From the NCBI GenBank assembly GCA_973851085.1, contig OZ316775.1, positions 12,090,001 through 12,154,000 of the forward strand: DNA of 64,000 bases. The letters run 5' to 3'. Below are positions 38,136 to 51,915 of the stretch, piece after piece (position 1 is the first letter of the stretch; each line of letters begins with the position of its first letter). The notes beneath the pieces are model-generated. The model did not search any database and was not told where the DNA came from. It worked only from the letters and a program-made list of their open reading frames with translations. The stretch comes from Ptychomitrium polyphyllum (lineage: Eukaryota). A program made the translations under genes and the position numbers.

Positions 38136-40554
38136 GTGCCGTGTGTTGGTCCGTCGCAAGGTCATGGTGGAACGGAGTCCAGAGTACCCAGAGTTACATA
38201 CGTCAAGTGGTTGCGTGGGCGTACCATCCCTCGGTCAAGGTGTCGTCTCAGAAGTCAGTCGAGGGCCGTCTCCGTCGTCTTCTTGCATACGTTGGTGTGC
38301 TGTGCCTACCGATCAAATCTGATTGGCAGGTTGCAGGAGTCAAACAAACCAGGTTTTCTACATGTTAGTGGATACTTAATCATGTGTTCTAGTTTCGGGC
38401 TTACATTTTTGTATGGGTAGTCACTCCTTGTACACGTTAAACAGAGTGCTAGCCAGAAGAGTGTAGCATGGGTGGTCTGACAGAAGATAGCATCAGCCAG
38501 TGAGGCTTGATGATCCAGGGGGTAGTCCTACCAATTCTTACGGAAGTTTAGGGCAGCAGTTGTGGATGGGAGGGCTTGCCTTGAAGTTGCGGGGTTCAGT
38601 CCATAGTCATACTCCCCTCTTCAAACAAGTTGAGAGTCTCCCTGTAGCCGTAGGTTAGGCAGTACTGGATCAAGTCCCTTCAGAGTCATCTGTGGAAAAA
38701 CATAGCCAGTGCTTCATTTTGTAGCTAGAATTCTGCAATTTAGAGTTTTGCTTTTCGTTGTTCAATGTTCTGTAGAAGGGTGGGTTAGTTCTTTGCCAGG
38801 GAAGTGGGAATTGTGGACTTGAATAATTTCATGTGGGAGAGTTCTTGCATTGTTGTTTCCCTTGCACAGTCCACTGTCTTAAGTATTCATTTATAATTTC
38901 TTGGTCTACATTCATTGCTATAATCATTAACATTTCGGCACGTAGCATGGCACGGTCATATTAGTAGATCTGCAGTATACGTTGCCTTAGGTGCATCCTA
39001 CTATTAAACATGATAAACACATGATTAAATACAGCTGGATCAGTGTGTCGCATCATTTTCACGAAACAATGCCTGCAAAAGCCAGTGCTAAATGGTCTTC
39101 TGTCTGCTTAACTACTACATTGTACCATTTCCTGTGATCGTGATGGGAGTGATTTCTGTGTACAGATTGAGTTTTCAGTACAGTAACCAGTTATAGCTTT
39201 GTGAAGGTACTTGTCGAATTGATGAAGCAGTCCACCTTAAGTAGGTGGTAAATTTCATACTGTATTCTGACATGGAAAATTCATGCTTACATGTAGTAGT
39301 GGTATCTATTTGATAGGTTCTCCCGGAAAAAATCGCAGAATTGGTCAGTGGTTTTAGTCAAGATTTAATCGAGAAAGTGATCAGCTTGACCACGGGGCAA
39401 GTATAGATAGTAGAATGTGTTCTATTTAGCCTCTTGTCTATGGATTCTCCCATCACGATTATCTCAGGGACTTCCGGGGTGTATGGCCTCAAAAACGATG
39501 GATGTACACCGGCTCTGGTGTATTCTCTACTTCACAAGGTATTGTTTCAAAACCTTTTCAGTGTTTTTTTCCAAAGCTTTTATTCACTGCATTAGTCTAT
39601 TGTATAGAAGTTAATAGGATTCAACTGAGCAGACTTTCTGTCTGTCTTGCCTCCAGAACTAACTTTCGTTGAGAAGGGATTGGCCCTGTCCTGTAGAGGT
39701 TATCTTTAGGAAGCAAATTATAATAATCCTCTAATGAAATGGGTAGAGAACATGTTAAACTTTGCGATCTACGTCATCAATAGCTACACTGTTTTGGTTC
39801 AGTAGTATAGTACGGGAATTCTTGTGCCTTACATCTTCTTTTGTTCTAGAAATTAACAAATAGTATAGTAATACCAGACAAGTAGGTGATGCTTTGACAA
39901 TAGAGATACCCAATTGGTTTGTTTAAGGCACTCTTCTTGCATGTTATAAGAGTTTAGCACTTTTTAGCTTAAGGTTTAACTCTGTGCCACACTAATTGAC
40001 AGAATGAGTGTAAATTATTGTTACTCTAATCGTTGAAGAATGTTGTTATCCTCAAAGTAGCGAGAGTTTCTTGAGAGTTACATCGTTACTTCCTGCTGCT
40101 AAGGTATGAAATTAAACCTAATTATTTGATAGATAAAAAAGGTATATCATATTCTGATGTAATATGGGGCCGAGCTTAGCACGAGATCTTAGGTGTTGCA
40201 AATTTCACAAGAGGTAAATGTGCTAATTGTGACAATGCATGGCGTTGAACAATTGATGAATGTCAACTTGTGGATTGCATAACGCTGCAGCAACTGTAAA
40301 CCCGAAGCCAGAACGTTCGTACTGAAAGAACCTGGTGCATACTGGGGAAAGAAATCGTCAATTTTTACTTCAATTGGAGTACAGATTATGGTAGCCTGTG
40401 ATCTACACCTGATCATAATCTTACTACCCTTTAAATCTCAAGAAGATTCTCAGTGATTCTACACATTCTAGGGCCGTTTCGCCAAGCAGCACTAATGAAG
40501 AACTCATTAAACAACTATAAGTACAAACAAGTAACCTCATAATGTATATGAATC

Positions 40555-41985
40555 CTACGCCGATCGAATTCTTCTAGCAGCAATTTTGGTTCGAAGTGTA
40601 GTGAATTCAAATACAGTAATTTCAGCATCTGCATAGTACACGGGATACACGGATAACGCAGGAATGAAAGCTCCTCTACCAGCAAGGTTCACCAACGTTC
40701 TCTCAATCCTACCCTGCACACCATTACAGCATTGGTTGGGAAATGAAACTTCAGAAGCAAGTAAATGTAGGTGCCCAAAATACAACTCCTAAAACAAAGA
40801 GAACAAATGCAATTGCCAGGAATTTCAATTTCAGAATCAGCAAAATGTAGATTGGAAAAGGAAAGGCCACCTCAGCAACAGTGAAAGAAATATACAAACA
40901 CACAAGGAACATTTCTAACTTGCCGCAGGAATCGGAGATGGTGAATAATATCATGTAACGGTACCTTGCCCTTGGGATCAGGTTGCAAGTTGTCGCGGCC
41001 AACATCCGCCCAGAACGAATCAAAAAGAATCTCTACAGTCTTGCCATTTCTCACCACATAGTCTCCCGCTGCACTTAACCACCCATCTCCCAACGGACTG
41101 AAGTACCGCACATGGCTTGAGAATCCGGAGCTTGTTAGAATGTACCGGAGAGGCCTAACTTGCGTTCTTACTGCGCTGGTTAATCTGCGCAACAAGTTCA
41201 GACAGGCTTACTACGACCCAGTAATCTTGTCCGATTCGGAAGATATCCGCCCGAGCTCACCCGTGCATCACACAAGTATCACGCGAGTACCAAACTAGAC
41301 ATCATGCGAATTGGGGACATTGCAACGTGTCCATACTTTCTGTGATCTAGTGTGATCCAGCATATACAGGGAGTCACAATCCTTGCATTGTAGTGGTCGT
41401 TCGCTATGTAAATGCATAGAGCGCTGGTATAAAAAGCTTTTCGTCGTGGTGCATTAGACGCTCCAATTTCGCAATATGAAGAATGTGGTTTAAGAAATGA
41501 TGAGAGCTAGAGCATAGCTGACTTCACCTGAAAATGTGCGGCGCGTAGAAGACCTCCCACACGCCATGGCTGTCAGTGGATCTCAGAAATTCGCCGAAGT
41601 CCTGGCCGCGGCAAGCACCCAGCTTCGTTACGGCGTCCTCTAATAAATTTTTCGTCTCCTCGTCCGCGTACAAGGCTGACGACACCTCCGCCAAGCCTCC
41701 CGCGCCGTCGCCTCCTCTGCTCATCAACACCTCGTCAATCACTCTCTTCGCATCCGCGACTCCCTCCTCGATGGGCGTCCTCGTCAATGCTCTCGTCCTC
41801 CATTTCGAATTCAGAACGCTTTGAGAATGCCTCTCCTCACCGCCCTTCCTTCCTGAAAAACAAGTGGAATTCGAGAACGCGAAACTACGGACGCAGACGA
41901 CCGACGGCCCGTTGCGATTCTTTTGACAAAGTTGCGGAGTGCAGATGACGGAGTTGAATGTAAGCCCGGCCATGGCGACCGCCAT
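40555..41985 (-). CDS. Uncharacterised plastid-targeted protein with PAP/fibrillin-like (lipocalin-type) domain
   Basis: Exons 41985-41528, 41184-40965, 40713-40555(TAG), in phase. Transit-peptide-like N-terminus, a G-x-W motif (GVWEVFY) and alternating beta-strand patterns (GWLSAAG, VEILFDSFW, VYYADAEITVFEF). The family assignment is by motif resemblance only. Confidence 0.7.
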
Positions 41986-44111
41986 AGTGGTGCGGCCACT
42001 GCAACGGAAGACTCATCCGAGAACGACGTCGTCTCTGTCGTCGCCCCAAATCCAGGTGTCAATGCAGATCTTTAAACTCAGATGCTTAAACTGTTGAGAT
42101 AAGCTGAATGCAATCGGGATCGTCCTTGCTCAAAATCTCATTCCTCATCTGCAGCAGACACTTCCGTCAACACTTCCGTCAATGCGTTCTCGACCTCAGA
42201 ATTAGTTTCTTCTATGTCCATGTCTACAAAAGTTTGCACAGTACAATAATTTGTATATCGTTAAGTTCTACATGCCACATGCTTTATCTTGGGTGCTACA
42301 TGCATTCACTCTCACTTATTATGGCTTTCTCATACTTTAAAGTAAAGGTTAGCATTGCCTCCATCATTAATAAATTAGATACAAGGTGTTATTCTTTGAA
42401 GACAAGATTATAACTAATTGGTGTATGACCTTAAGAAGATGTTTATAAATGTCAACTTCTTTTTAAAGTAATTTTAAGCTTTGATTGATAATCCTATCCT
42501 TGATTCCTTGCAATATTTTAGGTGTCCTAAATAATCATGTTCTTACTATTCCAAGTGGATGGTCTTCGAATACAAACACAAATAGTAGGTAGTGATGACT
42601 TCCATTCTTTACACTAACTTTAAAACAAATTTTTAGAATTATCATTTCATTAACAAATATAAAATATTATTTAAATAATTTTCCACTCTTTAGAAGAAAT
42701 AATAATTAATCTAGCCCATATGCTAAGCCTAGATATCTATTTGGAGTTGTAATTAGGAATATTTCTATCAATAAGTTATTTTATTGATAAGGTTATTAGA
42801 ATTATGGTCCTTTCGATGTAGTTTATTTTTCTTCTATTGTAGTGGATGGAAATTTTTGATTGTAGCTTTTATTCTTGTCTATTGTCTTTATGCCTTGCAT
42901 TAGGAATCATTATATACAACAAAGTTAAGGATTTAAAATTAAAGTCCTTTTTGCCTTTGTACTTTAGGTTTGGAAATAATGATGATGATGATGACATAAA
43001 TAATAGGATTTGAGTTTAATAGAAGAGGTGTATTCAAAACGTTCAAAAATCTAGAAAATAAAACAAATAAAACACAACATAAAGTCAAAAGACACTTATA
43101 AAAAGTGCCAAAATCAAAATTCTCAAAAATCCCAATATATGCTATTATAGATGCCTGAAGATGCATTAGCAAAGTGTTGCAATGCAAAGATTTAGGATAT
43201 AAAAAAAAGTGTGAGAAGGGAAATAATAATAGTTTTAGGAGAAGTAGTGGTGGTCAAAGATAAGAAATGAAAGAATTAAATTTTGCTTAGCTAAATGAAG
43301 CTTTACTTACAAGCTTCTTGAAATTGAAGCAAAATTAAAATAGGATTTAGAATTAAAAGTTGGATTGAGAAATTTCAAAAAGTTAAGAATGCATATATTA
43401 TTCAGCCTTTTTATTTCAAGTTTAATACTATTAAATAAAGGTGAATCTTCTCTTGTCATTTCTTCCTTGTTTAATCAACTTGCACATTGCAATAAGTCTA
43501 TATTATTACTTAAAACAAACATGATGATTATTGTTTAAAAGAAGAAAAATTATATAAAAGCATTAGGATTTAATAAATCCAAAAATTGATTATTAATATG
43601 CTAGACATATTTTATTAAAAGATGGATTGTTGTTATTTTGGCCTTATAATGATTATGTATGTAGTTAGCATTTTTTTAAAATTTAAAGCTCAGAGGGTAA
43701 TTTAGAAATGAAAGCTAATTGGGTGTTTATCATTTAAGATATGGAAGTGAACGATTTGAGCATTTAAAAGACTTCATTTAATACTCAATTCTTCATATAT
43801 ACTTTTAACTATTTCTTTGCTAAAATTATTATATAAGTTTTTATTGAAGTTAAAAGGTATAAAGTATAGTGTCAACCCTAGATTATGCACCAAATTTTTA
43901 ATTAGTTATTTTTTGGTATTTTGATAAGATATAATATTAATAAATTGTCAATTTTGAGAAAATAGAGGTTTTGGCTTAAATTATAAACCAAGGCCTTAGA
44001 TTATCAAGTTGGTTTTAATAGAATATAATTATATAAATTAGATTCTAAATAATATTAAAACTTGTTTAAAATGAATTCTTTAGAAAAGGTGGAATTAGTT
44101 GTAGCTGAAAT

Positions 44112-44302
44112 ATGGTGAAGAAGATGATGGAAAGTTATTCCATTCTTGAAGCCCTAAGTGATGATGCAAGAAAAAGATGAAAAACTATTCTAGTCTTGAA
44201 ACCACAAAAGATAGTGAAGGAAGTAAATAGAGAATTACTTTGTTTTTGAAGTTACAAGTGATGGTGAAGAAAGAAGATGAAAAATTATTCTACTTTTCAA
44301 AC
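44112..44302. repeat. Degenerate ~50-bp tandem repeat, ~4 copies
   Basis: Units start at 44112, 44161, 44211 and 44261 (ATGGTGAAG...AATTATTC...TTGAA...AAGTG). Confidence 0.7.
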
Positions 44303-45635
44303 ATTATTCTCAAAACAACAAATCAAGTCAACTCCTAGTGAAATCCTTTAAAAAATTAATACTTTTCATTAGTTAGTAAGTTATTTTACATTGATTTTGG
44401 CTAAGTAAATTATTAGGGATTAAAAATTGTGCATTGATTAGTATCCATGATGATTTATCATCATCTTGTGGCAAATGGATGCCAACCATTGATCCTCCCC
44501 GCAAGTTATTAGTAAGTAGTTAGCAAGTTGTTAGCAAGTGTGTTTTTAAGGCCCTCTCAAGACCTTGTTCTCTTTTTCTCATCTTTGATTTGAGCCCTTA
44601 ACAAGGGCAGCCTATGGAGGCACCAAAGAGTTGTATTTTTCTTTGTTTTTATAAACTTATATTATAAGTTGTTTGTCTTACACCCTTGTTGAACCAATTT
44701 GAACTTACTGTTGGTGCATTAATTTTTAAAGCTTGACATGTTTACTGGATAGAGGAAAGAAAATCAAAAGTTAGGCAAAAGAATCATCAAATTTAGAGCT
44801 AAAATGATAAAATTATGAGAATTTGAAGTTTGAGAGATATTCTACTTCTGCGGTTGTTGTTGTACTATGTTGTTTTCATTTAGCAACCTTGTTTTCATTC
44901 ATTGCTCTGTTTTCATCTAATCACTTATTCCATCCAATTTTTCTCATCTGGCTCCTTCCATTTTTTCTATTTCTATCTAATTCTTCTTTTTTGTTCTTTT
45001 ATTATTTTTCATCATTTGTTTTAAATAAATCAAATGGTAACCATTGCTTGTAAGGCATTATTTAGAGAGTTGGAACTTAAAATGCCTGATTAATTAATTA
45101 ACCATTAGAGCAATCACACAATTGGTTCTAACTACCTCTTGAATTTATTGTGAAATTATTCTTTCTTTTCAAGTGGATAGGGAGCATATTTAGCTCACAT
45201 ATAACAAGAAATAAACATGACATAAATCTGTGATATTTTATACTAATAATAAGTACAAGAACCTTATTATAAGAACCTTTATTATTTGTAAAAAGAAAAT
45301 AAGAAACAAAGATTTAATTTATATAAATACATATATATATTTTTTTAGGGTTTAGGTGGAACCTTCTTAATAAGCTTTCTAAATTGGTGAAATAGCTATA
45401 GAAGCATTGAAAGTATTTTTAGAAATTACGTAGGTTTTTGAGAAGGTTCCAAAAGGTTCTAAAGATTATATTGCATGATTTATGTCCTTGATTCTATTTA
45501 GTACACATATGAGGATCTTATCTACTATTAACTTACTCATATTCTTACATTACGCCTATAAAAGACAAAATATATTCAATATAAAATGAAGCAATAATAT
45601 AAAGCAATGACAAGAATGCTTCTTAGAAGGACATA

Positions 45636-46800
45636 TGTTGCAACCCTTGTAATGCACCTCAACAAATGTCACGCGCATCAAATCTGTACATCCCCATATG
45701 CACATGATTAACCCTCATTTTCACTCTCCAAGTCCCAAGCTTAGTTTCCAATTCCCCCTACCATTTCTCTCAGGACACCCAATTGATTAGTAGCTAATGG
45801 TTAGGTGCGAGCTTCCATTCATGTCCAAGGCCTCATTTGGTATTACTCCCATTTCACACGGCCTAACCACACTTAGTAGTGTTTCCTCACCACCACTCAT
45901 AATCTCCATATGATCCTAAGATCACCCCGGGCCATCATAGTGTTGGTGTAAAGACACCACCCTAATTTAGTGGTAACAAACGTGCCTTTTTTATCTCATT
46001 AGTTCCTTTTGTGAAACCGATCATCCATCGGCTCATAATGGTGTGGAAGTTCCCGTGGTGAAGCCCCAACACTAGCTCCACCAATTGGGACTCACCCTTG
46101 GTTCCTACCAGAACATTAGGGGAGTGGGGAGGGGGACCAACCCTCCCCTATAGTAATCTCTATGGAACTTGGCAGGCTTCATGGCCCTCTGTAGCTGGCT
46201 CAACTCCGACACACCAAAATTTTTGGAAAACCACCCAATCTCCCTTGGGACTTAGCCGTTGGAAGCCTCTGGGACTTCCTGCAAACCTTCAGGGAGCCAT
46301 ATCATCCACGTCTGGTGTCCGAATCTATTGAGCAACTACTCTATTGTCATTTATTCTTTGAGTAGATGCCGATAGACTTCTCAAACGTCCAATTTAACTT
46401 AGTATTCTAGAAAATATGCATTTTCTAAGGTTTGGAACTTCCGGGAAGCCCCTCCTGGTACTATCCCAGTCTAGTACAGTCATTATCAAGGGTTGCCACA
46501 GTCCAAAACAGCCCCTTAGCAACCCCAACTTTGGGATGCCATATCTTTTAGCTCCTTTGTCCAATTTGAGCAATCTTTAGCATTCTAAAATCAACTTGTC
46601 GTAAATACTCTAATGCCTACAATTTATTCCTTGTGGCCCTCGGTCTACATGGGCAAGGATATTTTTCCCCCTCGGGATCCTTCCCACGCTAGGCCTACTC
46701 GGGCCACTTTACTATTGGCGCCACAAGTTCCAAATGTCACTCCGAGGTGCTCCTTGTATCTTTAGTGTTGTGGGCACTTCTCAAGGAGAGGTACATGACA
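45636..46800. mobile_element. Probable solo LTR (~1165 bp)
   Basis: A GC-richer block in AT-rich DNA, starting TGTTGC and ending ATGACA (TG...CA), flanked by ACATA (45631-45635) and ACATG (46801-46805), a 4/5-matching target-site duplication. No intact ORF. Confidence 0.6.
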
Positions 46801-47217
46801 ACATGTCTTGAATTTAAGGTTTAGAAATCCAAAATTAGACAATCTTCTCCATATTACAAATTACTAAATTTAAAAATGAATAAAAACTACTAATACTTAT
46901 TTATGGTAGATGGCCATAAGTTTTAAAAATATGTGACAACAAAAAATAAGATGGCAATAAAAATGGTCCTTACACTTAATAAATACCACGTATAATATCA
47001 AAATTCTAAGACTTTCATATAGGCTTTAATGAAGTATTTAGAGATAAATAACCTAAATTAAATGGAATATGAAAGTAATTAGGTCAATTTTAAAAAAAAA
47101 ACATATTAAATGAAAATCAAAATTATCAAAAGTTCCATGGATCTTTCTACTACAAGTTCAAAATCTTGCCTATTTGGACAATGCATTCTACCTACTGTGA
47201 ATACGTGGCCTACATCC

Positions 47218-47262
47218 TAGGATTTGAGTTTAGGGTTTAGGATTTAGAATTTATGATTTAGG
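47218..47262 (+). repeat. Degenerate interstitial telomere-like (TTTAGGG) tract
   Basis: TTTGAG TTTAGGG TTTAGGA TTTAGAA TTTATGA TTTAGG, 7-bp period. Confidence 0.6.
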
Positions 47263-48229
47263 AATGAGAAACTCATAAAGGTTGACTACAACATTTTTGG
47301 GTGGTTGCTTTTGTTTAGATCACTGAAGAGCGATATCCACCGACAAGTGGTCTCGAGTAAGAGGACATTAGTCTGCCAATCTCCGTTGAGAACGAGTGCC
47401 CCCATATCCTCAAAGTTGTAGAGATGTTTTGAGGGCCTTTTATGGACGTCAGCCTCGATCAGCCATTTGAGGACTGGTTTGACTCATTCAAAGCTCATAG
47501 AGATTCAAAAGGCCAATTGTCTGCTACTATAACAGTGGAGGTTCGCTATTCCAAACATGAGTCTTGCCAAGTATAGTATCTAGGAGTGCGAGCAGGACAT
47601 GGCGTGGCTCCAGGCGACCGAGTCGTGTGAGGTGATTAACACACCCCTTTTAGAAGTGGTGTTAGTGAATGCGTGAATAGTCCTGCAGGTAGTCTATAGA
47701 CAACTTTAGGCGACGTCGGTGCCTCTGGTAGCTAGGCATCATTAAGATTATTGTAATTAAGGTCGACCTTTGACGCAATTCCAAGCTCCATATAGCCGAG
47801 ATTATCACAGACATGTTTGAGCATATCTAGCCACAAAGCAAAGTAAAACTGCACTGCACGAATTGTAGTGGCAACAAGAAGTTAAACCAGAATAATACAA
47901 AAAACTATTGTTGCTTGTTCTGTAATGTAGAATTTAATTGTAGGAGTCAGTTCTTTTATTGTAGGAATCATAAATTTCTTCTTAGCACAACAATGAGAAA
48001 AGCTCAATAACCATCCTGCATATCTCACAATATAGTTCCTGAATTATTTCTGTTCCATCTTTAGCAGCTGTTATTGGTGGTTTTGTATTCTTGACAGGCT
48101 CCAGAGACATATATTGGTTTCTAAACGAACAAGGCATATGATTGCAGACAGTTTTTGGAATTTCAGGCGTACTGGATATCTGACGTCAACTATAAATGTA
48201 GAGTGAACATATGATTGTACTAACCCAAT

Positions 48230-49450
48230 ACTCCTTGTCTATCCTCTGGATGTGTAATATTCTAATCTTCTGAAAGGTCCGTGGGTCACATCGGATTACG
48301 TTTGCACTGTGAAGACTTTAATTTGTTCCAGATTATGGTGTCACATGTGAGGCTGGCTACCTCAGGGATATCTGGTGGTTTAGATCCTATTCATTCTGTA
48401 AAATCTCAAGTGTTCCATGTATGGAGCTTTGCATGACAAAGACACAATTACTTTACTTACATCAACACATGGAGCACATGAAGCATTAACTCTTGATCTC
48501 ATATCAGAAGGCAGTGGACCTGTTTTTAGCGGCGTTTTTGTAGGTTTGATGCTTAGCAGCACAGATCTTCTGCGAAAACTCCTGCTTTTTGGAGAACTTT
48601 GGACAGGTACCGACCTGAAATAAGGGTTCTTCGAAGCGCTGAACAGATCTCAACCAACCCTTTGAAGCTCTTGCATCACATGTGGTTGGTTGAACCCCTG
48701 GGAGAGTTTCCCAAGGTCATTAATCTTATAAGCGCAAATTCAAATGTACTCACTTGGGGCCCAAACATGATGAATTCTGACTTGGTTAAATAGCTCCTCG
48801 TAAGGACAAGTTCGGTGACCCTTTTAGCGGATACCCCAAAAGCTGGAGCTGAGCACAAGCAAAATCGTCGATGATGAGAACCCGCCAATCCTCTCCACGG
48901 CCTGTCCCGACTCCAGGGGTGTTTGAAAGAGTTTAAACCTTTGAAAATGAGGCTGCACAGCTGCATTAACATGCTCAATGAAGAATCGCCAGGGCCGTGG
49001 TGTTTTACCATGAAATCCACAAACGTTTACAAAATATGGATACTTGATCAGTTAACAGCAGAAGTTCTCTATGATGTCTTTGCGGAAATGGATGATGCCA
49101 CGTTCATTGTAGATGAGATTCAACAGGAAACGTGCTCCGTTGCATTGAAGTAGAAATATTCATTTACAGAACAATCGTTGAAACCACGCCAGGTTTTATT
49201 GCTCATCGTCGAGTGGTCGTCAACGAGGATATGAAAGTTTTCATTTAATAGAGTTTCATCTCTTTTAACTTACAAGCTCTTCTTAGACTCAGCAGTGAGC
49301 TTAGAATGCGGAATTACAAGTGGCAAGGCATAAGGCTGTATGCACAAACTACAAACGTATAAAACCATGAGTTCATTGGCAATTTTCAAGTCTGTTCACA
49401 CACTGGCCCTGAACATTTAGGACGTACGTCCTACTCGGTGAAGTGTGCAT
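48230..49450 (+). pseudogene. Decayed gene copy A (possibly F-box/LRR-like)
   Basis: Broken reading frames (…VFSGVFVGLMLSSTDLLRKLLLFG…) with clear nucleotide similarity to 51400-51915. The family guess is weak. Confidence 0.4.
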
Positions 49451-51329
49451 AGAGTCACCAAACTGACTAGGTAATCTGTGACATTGTAAGATGGATTTTG
49501 TTTAACCCGTCTACTTCACAACATAGTATATAGTCCTCGTCTCTTTACAGTGGGAGAAAGAGATACCTCAATGTCAGCGGTGGAACTCAATTCAGCAATT
49601 GAATTGTCAAGCTTGGAAACATATTGTCTTCAATTTCTTTGTCTCTACAGTAACTGACTTGCAGGAGCCTAATCTGTACCAACAGTTACCGACGGCGGCG
49701 CTTAAAGCACCAGTGCACTTGTATCGAAACTGAGATGATGAACAGAAGAAGCTCCCGAGACAAACAGTACCCTTTTTCTGCTTTTCATGCAGGCTCATTC
49801 TTATTTTTCGGTTCCTGCAGTTTGGACACAGGTGACATTTGCACGGATCAGGTTTCGGTGTGAGAGTTTCTTAAAGTGATTTGCTGAGATAGGGGAACTG
49901 GGGCACAGGCCACTGCTGTATTGATTTTGCCAGTGGATCGCCACTATACAGATTCAGGTACAGAGTTCAGACACTGACCGCTGGTGCTTGCGATGCTCAT
50001 AGGGTTTTTAGTCGTCAGATTTTTGAGCTGGTCAGAAGCAATACATTACCATCCGCTCTTGACCAGGCCTGCGAAATCTAATCAGCCATGGTTTGTGATG
50101 GAGACCTTCGAGATAATCAGGCCAGGTAGGTCCAATTTCTAGGTGGATGTAGGCCCTTCAAACGATGGGACAATTTCGTCTATCCCACCAGATTCGCACT
50201 CACCAAGGAGTTTTCAATCCTTCCGAAAAATTCCACTCACGAGGGATTGCAGTACGTGTCGCCAGGAACGCTTTGAGTCAGGTCACTTGGTGTCGAACCT
50301 CCGAAGCCAATATGTACCAAACTAGCGTGTTGTGTGTGTACTCTGAACTACTAGTGACATCTCTTTTTGTTCTGGAAATTACGTTTCTCATCAGCAGAAG
50401 CATATCAGCTCACCAATGATGTAGGTCCAGGTGGAAATATACATTCTTTCCTCCCTTCCTTTTGTTTCATAATAACAGGACCTTGTCAACTCCTGTCTCA
50501 GCTATCTTTGGTAGTTTCAATCAGCTCAATGGCTTCGCTTCAGCTGTAGTTGACGAGTGTTGAACTCCTCACGTAACTCCACGTCCATGTGCCCATACCA
50601 ACAGCTAATATCTACTATTTAACTCATGAGGAGAGATGCACATATTGCTTCTATTGCAAAGTGCATATTTGCTATTCGCAAATTCCGTGTCCTTCATTTC
50701 CATAGAAGCTGTATTTTGAAGAAATGGCCGGCTTTGAAAAAAATTAGGTTGGATGAATCGCGTCAACGGCGCGTCAACTACAAAGGTACTCACCTATCAA
50801 AAATAGTCCGTTGCAATGTTCTCTTCAATTCATTCGTTTCTTCATCGAAGGCAGTGGCTGATTACGTTAGAGTGCACCCCCGTCGTGGTTTTTGTTGCTT
50901 CTGTACAGAAACAACAGAGTATTTTGTACTTTCACTGATACTGATGAGCATCATCATTTAAACTGAGCAACATCAAGCTGTTGTGTATTTAGGTATTTCT
51001 TCCTGCTCCGAGAAAATTATTAAACGTATACAGGATCCTCGCCAGTACTCCACTTTTGGCTAACTAAAACGTGAAGTCTGTCCCACAGTGATAAATATGA
51101 GCATCCGCAGATATGTCAAAACCTTGCAATTTTCTGATGTTGTGACGCTGAGATGAATTTACATCAGTATTTAAACGACGTGTGTTTGTGGATTGCGAAG
51201 CTAAGTGTGTATGAGATGCAACTTAGTATTTGAGTTTAAGTTGTTCTGAACGCATTTACATAACAAGTACTACCTTTTCCGATGTGAGATGAGAAAATGG
51301 CCAGGTGTAAGGTAAATATCTCATCATGA

Positions 51330-51915
51330 TAAATGATTCCAGGAGTGGTATTCTGGTTTTGCAAAAGCGTAATTTGTTTGTGTACCACACCACAGATCAT
51401 AGCAAGTGAGGCTGGCTTCTCTCAGGGACATCTTTTGGTTAAGATTATTTTCCGTGTGTAGACTCAAGTGTTGCTCGACAGAGACCTATCGACCACTTTA
51501 GACCACATTAAATCGAGGTCCTATCAAAAGTGCTTTGTTCTCCGATAGTCCGTGGAGCGAACGAAGCACTTAGATGGAAAGCAATAACGATTGCGAAGAC
51601 GGTGTACCTGTTTTTAGCGGTGCTTTCGATGCTATGCAGCACAGGTTTGCTGAAGAACCTTTCGATCTCGGGAGTTATTTGGACGTGCGCTGATCTCATC
51701 TTTACTACCTCGAGGTTTCTTGATATCTAAAAGGAGTTCCACGTCTTGTATTAGCTCCAGCTCATACCGGAATATTTACGTGTTTAGGAAGTTACAATTG
51801 CAACAAGTCATATGTACCAAGATATAAATCTAAGGAATTATGAGTTCATTAGCAAATATTCTATAAGTCTGTACAACCACTGCCTGTGAACATACAGGCG
51901 TAACTTCCTACCTAT
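51330..51915 (+). pseudogene. Decayed gene copy B (paralogue of 48230-49450, internally shorter)
   Basis: Shares GTGAGGCTGGCT..CTCAGGG, CTCAAGTGTT, ACCTGTTTTTAGCGG, GCAGCACAG, ATGAGTTCATT.GCAA and AAGTCTGT with copy A, in the same order. Confidence 0.45.

Noticed and set aside
5973..41985. Functional cluster of plastid genes (LOX, Zn-finger, GPT, fibrillin-like)
   Set aside because: They are interspersed with unrelated genes and share no pathway; plastid-targeted genes are common enough to co-occur by chance.
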